A DNA stretch of 63,863 nucleotides from Lama glama (lineage: Eukaryota): contig CM052830.1 of NCBI GenBank assembly GCA_028534125.1, positions 24,366,138-24,430,000 of the forward strand, given 5' to 3'. The translations under genes were made by a program, and so were the position numbers. This document shows positions 50,451 through 60,804 of the stretch, in pieces (position 1 is the first letter of the stretch; every line of letters starts with the position of its first letter). The notes below the pieces were generated by a model. The model had not been told where the DNA came from, did not search any database, and worked only from the letters and a program-made list of their open reading frames with translations.

Positions 50451-53099
50451 GAAACCACCTGCGGCCACGAGGGAGTGACCGTGGGAACCGGTGCACGGTG
50501 TGAACAGAAGCACAGGGTCCCAGTGGGAGGCACGCTCACTGCCGGCCCCGCCCACAGCCCCTCTGGGAAACAGGTCACAGCTCCTGGCCGTGCAGTCCTG
50601 TGACGTCCAGACCGCCCCTCCCCATGGCTGATGAGACTGGACGCAGACCCTGGGCCAGAGGCAGCCAACCCACCGGAGCAGCAAGGAGGTGAGCTGAGCA
50701 CTCAGACTCTGCAGTGGGAGACGCTGAGACGGCTGCCCGGGGAGAGGGACTGCCAGCTGCGGGGCAGGGCCCAGAGGCCCTCAGGAAGCGCAGCCTCACC
50801 CCTGACTTGGGGCTGGGGTTGCCCGTTCCACCCGACCACCTCCACGGCTGCACTCTCTCCCCCACGAGTCTCCCGACCTGCCCTCCAGTCACTCCTCTGT
50901 GCCTCTGCACATGCCAGGGCTTGTGCGCACAAATACACGTCTCACACCTCCTGCGGGATCAAAGTCAGGGACTCTCTCCCCACTCTGACTGTGGCTGCCC
51001 TCTCTGGCCTCCGCAGCAGCTCATGAGGCCCTGCGCTGGCATCTGCTTCATTGCATGGGCGCCACACTTGTGTCCTTGTCACCTGCCGCTGCGCTTGTGA
51101 CGTGAGTGAGTGAGTGACTGTCTGATAAGCAGCCTCAGCTGACTTGACAGGGTTTGCTGGGAGAGGAGGGGGCTTTCCTTCCTGGGGGATCGGTGCTTTC
51201 TGGGGCTCTCCTGCCCCCAAAGCCCACCCCATCGCCTGCTCCCCTGCAACGTGCAGACAGCCTCACCGCCTTCTTGTCTGCAAGGCTGCTCGGAAACCCT
51301 CAGGAGCATTTCTGCTCTGCTCTCCTGGAGAAGAGGAGCAGACAGAGCCAAGAGCAGAGGGTGGAGAAGCACTCAGATGTGATAAACAGGCAGGAGATTT
51401 CGGAAGCAATCAGGGGAGAGGAGAGCCTACATTATCCCCAAATTCACAATGCAGCGCTAATGAGCCGGCGGCCTGACTGGATCCTCTCCGCCTCCCGCAG
51501 CCTGGGCCCAGCGCTCTGGGAGAGGAGCAAGGAGGGCTGCTGTCTGCCGCACCGCCGCCCACACAGCCGGCCAGCGCCTCCCCGGGGTTAGGGTGTAAGT
51601 TCCGCAGTTTATAAGCCCCCGTCTGTGGTGCTGTGCTACAGCAGTGAATAACCGGCGTCACTAAAACGTACTTCCTGCCAAGCAGTGTTTCGAGCGCCTC
51701 GTGCACACCGGTTCATTTAACCATGTTGTCATCACTGCCCCTAATGGGTACCGTTATCACTGACCCCTTTACAGATGAGGAAACCCAGAGCAGGGCCCTG
51801 GACTCTTCCTCCCACTGGTCAACTCCAGCACCCCGGTGGCAGGAATCCAACAAACTCATCTACTTAAGGCACCAAAACGTGCTCTGATGTGGAGCCTGGG
51901 GCCACAGCTCCCAGATGAGGGCTGGTGGGACCTCGGAGACGCACTGAGGCTCTGCCGCCGTCGGGAGGCTCAGCCCCTCCCTCCTGCTCCCTTTCCTTCC
52001 GCACTTGCTTTCCAAGGGCTTCCTCTATGTGGAACTTGCGCACAGAAAGGAATCCGATTTCCTCACCGCCCCCAAGTGGAATATAATTATAATGTAATAA
52101 GCAGGGATAACCTATGCATAAAAATTATGATAAAGTAATTTAAAAATACAAGGAGAAGCGAACATGTGCCACAATGATTTTGTTACCATCCAGCCGTTCA
52201 TCCCCTCCCCAAGGGTGTGAGGTGGGCTGGGTGCTGGCACGCAGGGACAGGTGTGGTGGGCCCCTGCGGCAGGATGAGGTGGTGGCTGCCTCCCTCAGGG
52301 CAGCAAAGGGCCGGGGGGCGGTGGGCAGCAGGGCAGAGCAGGCTCCAGCCCCAGGCTCCACGCTGCTCCAGGGGCACCCCCCTAGAGCTGGCCCAGCCCA
52401 GAGCGCAGCCTCCGGGCCCCGGCCCGTCAAGAAAAGCAGGTCAGTAAGCCGCCTTGTCTTGGGCACTTCAATGTCCCTCTGGCCGCCCGCCCTCCCTCCA
52501 TCCGTGGCGGCTGGCAGAGGGCCCCAGCACCCAGCACGCCCAGAGCACAGGCAGCACGGCTGCCCACGTGGCCCCCAGGGCTCTGCCGGGTGACGGATGG
52601 GCCTGCTTTTGCGCCCAGTCCCGGACAGCGCCTTTGAATAATAACTTGGCAAAATTACTCTTTTTTGCTTTCCCTATTTCTGATTCATTTGCTCTTTTGA
52701 AGTCATTCATCTCTTTTGAGTTAGAGGCAGAAAAGCCGGACGGGAAGAGGGGCAGGATGTGTCGCAGAGGGACCGGGGACCCTGAGCCCCACCCCCTCCT
52801 GCTACACGGGGGCTGGAGGCGCAGGGCCCCGCCAACGCCATCGCCATCGGGACGCCCACGCCAGTCCCCACCTCGGTGCACAGAAGAAGTTGGGAGGATC
52901 TTCCCAGGCCCCTGAACTTGCACCTGGAAGGCGGCTGCCTGCTCCGCCCACTTGCAAGGCTGGCCCAACCCGCCTGCAGGGAGGAGTCCATGGAGCAACC
53001 CCTCCCCCTGGTGGGAACTGGTGTCCAGGTTAGGCCCCCTTTCCTTCCCTCTGTGGGAGGTTGCGGGGCCACAGGCCTGACCTCGGGAGCTCACAGCGT

Positions 53100-53275
53100 G
53101 AGGGGGGAGGGCAGCACACGCCCCATAACCCACCCCTGATCCGCAGTCTCTCTTCTCTGGGTCGGCCTTGGCCATCGCAGGCCCAGCTGTGTCCACACCT
53201 TGCCGACACGTGGATGAAGGGAGAACAGCCGGCCATCGGGGTGCATTTGTTCCTGGACATCCAGGAAACGCCCAG
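53100..53275 (-). pseudogene. Possible highly decayed NOX5 exon-15 remnant (NADPH-binding region)
   Basis: Minus-strand frames give GRFLDVQEQM...VGKVWTQLGL and then MA-KADPEKRDC. Recalled human sequence is GRFLELHMYMTSALGKNDMKAIGLQMALDLLANKEKKDS. The match needs several indels and may be chance. Confidence 0.25.
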
Positions 53276-53437
53276 ATGGACGGCCCGGGTCGTCTGTACA
53301 CCAGCGAATCCCATCCTGCCATCTATGGCGATGTGAGGGGCAGGGCCTGCACCACAGAAATCTCCGAGCCTGGGCATTCCTGACCTTGCAGAGCAGAGGG
53401 AAGCCCAGAACCCAGCTCCAGGTACAGGGAGGGAGGG

Positions 53438-53617
53438 GTGCGTGTGCGTGCGTGCGTACGTGTGTGCACACGTGTCTGTGTGTGCTCATGTGCATGCGTG
53501 TATGTGTGCACACGTCTGTGTGTTCATGGGCGTGCGTGTGTTCGTGTGCGTGTGCATGCGTGCATGTGTGCAGGGGCAGGGATTGGGCAGGTCGGGGTGG
53601 TGTGTGCATGTGTGTGC
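53438..53617. repeat. Interrupted (TG/CG)n purine-pyrimidine repeat
   Basis: Directly visible. Confidence 0.9.
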
Positions 53618-54247
53618 TGGGGTGAGGGGCTGGCAGCTAGAGAAACTCTGACCTTGGAAGCGAGGTCTCCTGACCTCACGGTTCTGCCGAGTCTGGGCCT
53701 GGAGGCGCTGCCTGAGCGGGTCTTCACCGGCCCCTCCTTGATTCACTGCCACTCAGGAACCAGTCGGCTTCCCGGCAAAACAAAAGCTCCCGAGATCGCT
53801 GATTCCGCAGCGCCCCCCCGTGGTGCCTGGAGTCTGTCTGGCGCGAAAGCCTTCAGACGCTCTTCAGACACGCGTGGTCGCCAGTCCCACGTGGGGTCCT
53901 TCGTGAATTTTACTAGGTTCCTCCTCAGGCTCCCACGCCCCTCGGGAGAACTCCAGCTGCATTTCGCAGATCAGCAGCGGGGGGGGGACCAGAACCCGGG
54001 AGAGCCCATGTTCCTCCCTCCCCCTGCGCGTCCCGAGCCCAGCCTAACCCAACAGGGCGAGGGGACAAGGCAGCTAAGGCAGAATCCTCCAGACACACCA
54101 CCGCCCAAGGGCAGAAGCCCGTCATGTGTCCACCACGTGCAGGCCAGCCCGGGACCCTCCCGGGCCCTGGAGGGGACACAGAGGGGACACAGCGTGACGA
54201 GAAAGTGGGAGCCCAGCCTGGGAGAGGCAGGGGCAAGGGCTGGGCCC

Positions 54248-54419
54248 CTCTAAGTGGCTGCTGCGACGGCCACGGGAGCTGGAGCAGGCAAACTGAGCAG
54301 CAGCAGCAGCACCTCGCCGGCTGGGGAGGCCGAGCCGCGGACCCAGCCAACGCCGGCCCTCGTGGTGCGCAGCAGCTCCCAAAACTGGAAGGGGCTGGCC
54401 CCGGACTGAGCCCGGAGCG
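54248..54419 (-). pseudogene. NOX5: NOX5 exon 7 remnant (TM4); frameshift and donor GT>GG
   Basis: ALRAQSGASPFQFWELLRTTRAGVGWVRGSASPAGEVLLLLL, then 2 leftover nt, then FACSSSRGRRSSHLE, followed by gg instead of gt. Confidence 0.9.
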
Positions 54420-54598
54420 CTGCAGACAAGCACGAGACAAACTGCTGTCACTCCTCTGGCCCGTTGGGGCTCCCACCCCTCCCCGTCCAAAGTCCGACAC
54501 GCCCAGCGGGCAGGCGGACACACAGGGGCAGGCTAACCAGGTGGCTTGTGGGAAGCCCACGTCCCACCACACCCACACTCCAGCCCGAGGCTACTCAC

Positions 54599-54723
54599 CG
54601 AAATTCACAACGTGGGCCACAGTGTGCACAGGACTGGTGGAACTGGACGTTCTGGTCCAGGGGCAGGGCCTCAGCCAGCCACGTGGCCCGCAGCCTCGTG
54701 GGGCAGCGCCTGAGCACGAGCAC
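54599..54723 (-). pseudogene. NOX5: NOX5 exon 6 remnant (TM3); internal frameshifting deletion
   Basis: cag|VLVLRRCPTRLRATWLAEALPLDQNVQFHQ-[deletion]-S-/-VHTVAHVVNF|gtgagt. Confidence 0.92.
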
Positions 54724-55980
54724 CTGGCGGCAGAGCGGGAGAGAGCCGGCCTGCCTGCTCTGCGCCCCGCCCTTGCCCGGAGCCGGCCGTGCCCCCGGAC
54801 GGCCGCCACCACCTCCCGGCCCCCAGCCCGTGCTGCTCCCCCAGGGCCACCGCTGGGGTCTGCAGAGTGGGGCCTCCGGGTCTGGGGAGGGGAGAGCGCG
54901 TGTTACGGGCTATAATACGTCTGCTCCTATTACTTTTGTCTGAACACACGAGAAGCATGTAAGCCCTTCCTGGTGGTCAGTGTCTGTGTTGACGTGGGCC
55001 CTCGCGTAGTCGTCCGTCAGACGGGCAGAGTCGCCTGTGGTTCCTGAGACGTCCCGGGCGGTGGCGGTGAGGGCTGCCCACTTGCTCGTTTGCTTGAATG
55101 CATTTCTGCACGCCGCGGTACGTGGACGTGCAGACCACAGTATCCGGTTTTCACTGAACTGAACTAACCACCCCCAGGAAGGACAGGTAGCTGAAAAGGC
55201 TCCCTTCTGAGACAGTGCAGGTTGAAAGGGCTGCTAACAACGCAGCGAGTCACGCGGCTCCCGCTGCCAGCGTGCAGTCTCTGCAGCCAGTCCTGCGGCT
55301 AAAATGGGGCCCACTCAGATGAGAGGCTGACACTGTCAAGGAGAGTATCTGAACTAGAGACGAACACCCGACCGTGAGGGTGACCCTTGCCTCCCGGCTG
55401 TCTCGTGCCGCAAACCCCTGGCGAAGGACAGCAGGGCGCACGGCGATAAATAAGCACGTGCTGGGTAACTGGCGGGGAGGGTGTTTTCTGTTTGTCCGTG
55501 TTTTGTTTTAGTTGTGATAGTTCCATTTGGGTCGTTGTGTAGTTGTTCTGCTGTACTTATCATCAAATACACTTGGAGCCCTCGGTCTCTGGTCCCGAGG
55601 ACCACAGTCTGGCTCCTCAGTCTGGCAGTCAAGGTCCCTTGAAGTGTTCTCTCTCCAGCTGGCACCCTGAACGGGAGCCCGCCCCGCCTCCTCTGGGCCC
55701 ACCTAGGTTACTGTGAGGATTGAATGGAAAGTGCTCAGCACCCTGGCTGGTACACAGTAAGTACACAAAAGTGTCAACTATGTTCCTTACCTGCTGCGTG
55801 ACTACGAACAACTCACTGACCCTCTCTGAGCCTTAATCTCCACCACTGAGTACTGGCCCAGCTGATTTGTAAGGTGCCATCCTACTCCAGCGCTGCAGGT
55901 GTCCACAGGTGGGTCATTTTGTCTAAGAGGAGCCACACCAGCCCCGCTGCCCATGTTCCCAGGCGCCCATGGAGCCCTAC

Positions 55981-56218
55981 CACAATGAAGCTGCAGTCAA
56001 AGTTGAAGCACTGGCCGCAGCCCTTGGCCACCATGACCCTGGCACCGAGGGCCTGGTGCGCACTAGCTGCCAGTGCCAAGAGCAGCAAGGGGAGGCCCGC
56101 GTGGACGACCAGGCAGAGCAGGTGGTGGCTGCAGTGGTTGTGCCAGTAGGCGGAGGTCAGTGGGCGAGGGCGGCGCTGGTGCGGCCTGGCAGTGGGAGGC
56201 GTCAGCCAGTGGGCAGCA
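55981..56218 (-). pseudogene. NOX5: NOX5 exon 5 (TM1-TM2); open frame, intact AG/GT
   Basis: AAHWLTPPTARPHQRRPRPLTSAYWHNHCSHHLLCL...ARVMVAKGCGQCFNFDCSFIV|gtaggg. Confidence 0.93.
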
Positions 56219-57076
56219 CTGGGGGAGAGGGCTCCACTCAGAGGGATGTGGTGGGAGGGACCACAGGAGTCTGAACCTGGAGACCCCACTCCCTCTGTAG
56301 CCCACTAACCCTCTGGAGCCTTGTGGCAAGCAAGACAGCTTCCTTTTATACCAGGAAACAGAGAGGTCAAGTGACTTGCTTATAGTCACACAGCAAAGTG
56401 GGCCTGGAATGAATCCCTGGTCTGTCTGATGCCACTTTCACAGCCATTTTTATTACCTCTCTTTACTTCCCAACTGAAAAAAAAGGGGAGGCAACTGAAA
56501 AGGATGGAAGGGCCTGAGACGCATGGTAACTCACAAGAAAGTCAATACGCAAGAAGAACGAACTACTGAGGTGGCGCCACTCAGAGCTTGGAGTCAGTCA
56601 GGTTTGGGTCTGTTACACCCTTTTTATATTATTTTCTCTGCAGCTCTTATCAGGTTTGTGCTTACCTAGCTTATGTGTCTGCTTGTTGGTACAGATTACT
56701 TCTCTCCACCTGGAATGCAGCCCAGCAGCCTCCGCCATCCCTGAGAGCAGGGCTCGGCCCGCGAGCGGCTGGCTGACCGGCTGAGCAAATAAACTGCCTT
56801 GGCCAATGCCTTGTGTGAGCCTAGGCTCATTGCTTCAGGTGGAGTAACTTGAACACCCTTTTGTAACTGTAATTTCCTCGCACTGGTGTATTTGTAAAAA
56901 TGCCCGGCACATAGTAGGTGCTTAATATTGTGAGCCGATTCTAAAGAGACATGCAGAAAATGGAACCTTTGTCCCCAAGAGAAGGTGGGCGAGGAGGAGC
57001 CGACCGGAGGGAGTGGGCCACTCTGCAGCTGGAGCGTAACAGCCAACCCGCAGTGCCCTGCACAGACGGGAGGTAG

Positions 57077-57287
57077 CCGACGGTCAGGCTCTCCATGACC
57101 CCGGGGAAGAACTGCAGCTCGGCTCGCAGCTCCCCGAAGGTGATGGCGCCGCTGCCGTCCCGGTGGGCCGACTGGAGGAGCGCCAGCGTCAGCTGGTCCA
57201 GCCTCTCTGCGGGCATCGAGACGGCGCTCTCCCGCAGGCACGACTGCAGCACGGTGCGCAGCTCGTCCGCGTCGATGGAGCCGCTGC
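57077..57287 (-). pseudogene. NOX5: NOX5 exon 4 (EF-hands 3-4); open frame, donor GT>CT
   Basis: GSGSIDADELRTVLQSCLRESAVSMPAERLDQLTLALLQSAHRDGSGAITFGELRAELQFFPGVMESLTV, followed by ctacct where gt is expected. Confidence 0.93.
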
Positions 57288-59388
57288 CTGCTCCAAGTGA
57301 GAGGAAGCCGAGTGGGAGCCCCCGACCCCACTCTGTCCTTGCAGATCCCCCTGCTTTGCACAACCACTGCGTCGAGCAGTGACCCCTTCCTGTCCGGTCA
57401 CCTCCAGCTTTCTGCCGACCAACTGTCTTCAGGAGTATAGCCCAGGCAACGGAAGAGCACGTGGCACCTTCTGCTCACAAACCTTCCATGGCTCCCTAGT
57501 GTTTGCTCAACAGAGGCGAACACCTCCTCAAGCATGGAGAACCTTTGGTTTCAGTGCAAGGCTTCCTCCGGCATCTCCAGCCTCCTCTCTAAGTACCACT
57601 CGACTTCCAAGACCATCCACTCAGAGTCCACAAGGAGCTGCGTGCCCGGAGCCCCGACCACCCAGAGGCGAACTGTGTGTGAGGCAGAGTGAGGAGGGGC
57701 TCCCTGCTGCTCCCCGGCTGGTAGCAGACTCTACTCACCCACGCGGCCCTGAGAGGCCACCGCCGGGCCCTCAGGTCCAGCCTGGTGGCCTTATGTGCGG
57801 GTGAGCGGCTGAGAGTGACGTGACCACACGACCGCGGACCCCCGTGTGGGCGGACTCCGCACTGCAGGTTCTGGCCGTGTCTGAATGAATCGCAGACGTG
57901 GACCCCCGGACACCGAAAGCCGACTCCAGGCTGTCATTTTACATGAGAGACCTGAGCATCCGCGAACTGCGGGACCCAGGGGCCTGGAACCAGCCTGAGC
58001 AGGAGGACTCGTGTCAGTGATCTCGGGGTGTCTGGGTGTGGACACACCTGGCACAGCAACACGCTTCTGCCCCCACCATGTGGCGGCGGCTCCGAGCCCC
58101 TTAGAGACTGCACGTTACTTTGCTCATCTCTAGAATGGGGCTGATCACCCCCCTTTTGCAGAATTGGCCCAAGGATAACAGGTGATTAATTATACAGCAC
58201 GTAAAGCAGCATCTGGAAGAAGGTGGTTGCATAGGGGCACAAAGTCTTATTGGTACTGTGACCGCCACCTGGGCCAAAGCCGAAGTCTGTCACCACAGCA
58301 CAAAGCGGAGCTAACGCTGCGCTCCCCGGCCATGCCTCCTGTCTTCTCCTAGTCGAGAGCCACCGGGCAATAGGTTTCTGCCACATCCAGAGCCCCAGCC
58401 CCTCCCTCTCGTCCATCCAGCCTTATTCTCTCCTGAGCCAGTTTCAGACCCAGTGTCCCATTCACAATCATTCTGGTGCACGCATTCTTATTCCTTACCC
58501 CTCTGTCCTTCTATTCTGCTGACCCTAAAAGTCCCTCATCCCCAGGTGCATCCAACTACCTGTCTTCCCCTCTCCTGCACCTGCTAAGTGCACACCGTGG
58601 ACAAAGAGCACCCAGGAGAGCAGGATGAGGCCGGTCCCAGCCACGGCGAGGCCTGTGAGGCCTGGCGAGCCCGAGTCAGGTGGGGATGAGAGCCAGAGGA
58701 ACCCAGGGCCAGAGGGGGCACAACTGCAGCCAGGCTGCGCTTCTCAGGCGCAAATCCAGCCCCGTGACTCCCCTGCTCAGCGGTCTTCAGTGGCTCCCCG
58801 CTGCTCACTGCCCTGAAGCTCCAGACATGGCCTCTGGGGCCCACACGGTCTGGCCTCACCGACCACCCCAGTCTTGCTGGGCGCCTCCTCCCCACCTCAG
58901 CTTCCCTTCCTTTGATGGCTTCAGGCCTTCAGAGACCCTCTAAGCCACAAAGTTGCCAAAGGTGTAAACACCAGGATGGTCACAGCAGTGTCACTTATAA
59001 TGCCAAAAATAAAGGAAGAGCGGGGAACAACGGAATTGTCCGTTTTGGAAACGGGGTTTGAGTGAATGGTGACGAGCCGCAGCCGACACCTGGAAAGGGG
59101 CAGCCACGCCGGGCGCGGTTCTGAGTGCGCAGAGGTCAGCGACGGCCCCTCCACCAGCCTCGTGAGAAGCTACTACTACGGTGACCATGCTTTTTATGTG
59201 ATGCGTGAAGAAATGAGGGACAGAGAAGTTAAGGAGCTTGCCCAGCGCCACGTGACTAATAACCCGAGGGGCTGAGGTGTGAACTGCGGTAACCCGGCCT
59301 CAGTCAGAGACGGCGACGGCCAGCCTGCGCTGCGTGGGACACCGGAGCACACCGGAGCAGGGACACGAAGCAGCCACCACGGTGCTGC

Positions 59389-60080
59389 TGCAACCATCCT
59401 GAGTCACCGCCTCACACCCACTGGGATGGCTGTTATCATAAAAATAAAACAACAAACCAGAAAGTAACCAGGGTTGGAGAAACCGGAAGCTCTGTGCATT
59501 GCTGGAGCGAACGTAAGACGGTGTGGCCGTTGTGGAAGGTGACAGGCCCTGCGAACAGAGGAGCCAGGAACTCCACTCTGGGGCACGTGCCCAAAGGGAC
59601 AGAAAGCACGGTCTTTTTGAAGAGGTATCTGTGCACCATGTTCACAGCAGCATGACTCACAGTAGCGAGAGGGGGAGGCAGCCCTCGTGTCCACCGACAG
59701 ACGGGTGGACAAGCAAATGCAGCATCACACACAACGGAGTCTTACTCGGTCTCAAAAACGGGTGAAACCCTGCCACACGGGGCAGCACGGGTGAGCCTTG
59801 AGGCTGCTGTGCTGAGTGAAGTCAGTCAGTTACACAAGGACAACCGTGAATAATTCCACTTACAGAAGGTACCGCGAGTCGTCAGGTTCTCAGCAACAGC
59901 AAGCAGAACAGTGGGGGCGGAGGAGGGAGGGGTGGGAAGCCGCTGCTCAGCTTGCAAAGCCAGGAAAGCTCTGGAGGTGGATGCTGGTGACGGTTGCCCA
60001 ACAATGTGAGTGTATGTAATGCACATAAAAACGGTTAAAGTGGTAGATTTAATACTACATATATTTTACTACAATTAAAA
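59389..60080 (+). mobile_element. L1MB-like 3' end inside NOX5 intron 3 (antisense)
   Basis: cacacccactgggatggct...tgttcacagcagca...tgtccaccgacagacgggtggac...gctgagtgaagtcagtcag...ttccactta...ttttactacaattaaaa. Confidence 0.85.
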
Positions 60081-60443
60081 TGGTCTAAAGTAACAGTCTT
60101 ACGTGCACACATGTTTATATTTAGTGGAAAGGGCAGTGCACACAGTGTGACACCTTTTTGTCTAAAAAAGTGTGTGGTGCACACGTGTGGTGGTCAGTTA
60201 GAAGGCGGTGTAGGAAACATGACGGGTGATTTTCGCTTTCTTCTTTAAACCATTCTGTATCGTCTAAAATGTTCACAGGGGGCTATTTTTATTATTAAAA
60301 ATCAACAAAACGCTTTCTTTTTTCAAACACAGGAAAGAACAAAGGAAAGTCCTGGCTTCCGGTGAGTTGAATCAAGGCCATTTGTCTCCTGGACAGAGTC
60401 CCACCTTCTCGCCAACAAAAGGGAGGCAGGGACCAGACAGAGA

Positions 60444-60598
60444 NNNNNNNNNNNNNNNNNNNNNNNNNNNNNNNNNNNNNNNNNNNNNNNNNNNNNNNNN
60501 NNNNNNNNNNNNNNNNNNNNNNNNNNNNNNNNNNNNNNNNNNNNNNNNNNNNNNNNNNNNNNNNNNNNNNNNNNNNNNNNNNNNNNNNNNNNNNNNNN
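60444..60598. other. Assembly gap (155 N)
   Basis: Run of N. Confidence 1.
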
Positions 60599-60663
60599 CA
60601 GCCACTGAGACGGGCCAAGTCCCTTGCCCTCCCAAGCCCCCCGAGCCCCACAAAGGGCCCCAC

Positions 60664-60804
60664 CATCCACGCCCTACACCTGGAAGAGGAATCCAGGTTT
60701 GCCCACAGGGCTGCCGTGGGTGAGCGCCCGCCGCGGCTCCTGGAGCAGATGGTGCCACTTCCATCCGAGTCACACAAGGCGAAGAATCTCTCAGTAAAGA
60801 AGGA
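60664..60804 (-). pseudogene. NOX5: NOX5 exon 3 remnant (EF-hand 2); frameshift plus nonsense codon
   Basis: cag|SFFTERFFALCDSDGSGTI-/-LQEPRRALTHGSPVGKPGFLFQV*GVD|gt. TAG at 60676-60674 replaces Tyr of FQVYD. Confidence 0.93.

Noticed and set aside
998-53000. Hundreds of 60-280 aa ORFs (e.g. 28947-29771, 8296-9039, 46457-47119, 36683-37330)
   Set aside because: They are rich in Pro/Gly/Arg/Ala, overlap in all frames, often span MIR/L2/MLT repeats and show no recognisable domains. This is expected in stop-poor GC-rich DNA.
53030-53377. PHIAIDGRMG...CGHSW peptide resembling NOX IAVDGPFG and CQHSW motifs
   Set aside because: It lacks the adjacent invariant GAGIGxTPF and matching splice sites, and it conflicts with the alternative exon-15-like reading. 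Treated as chance.
54124-54915. 263-aa plus-strand ORF
   Set aside because: It is the antisense shadow of NOX5 exons 6-7.
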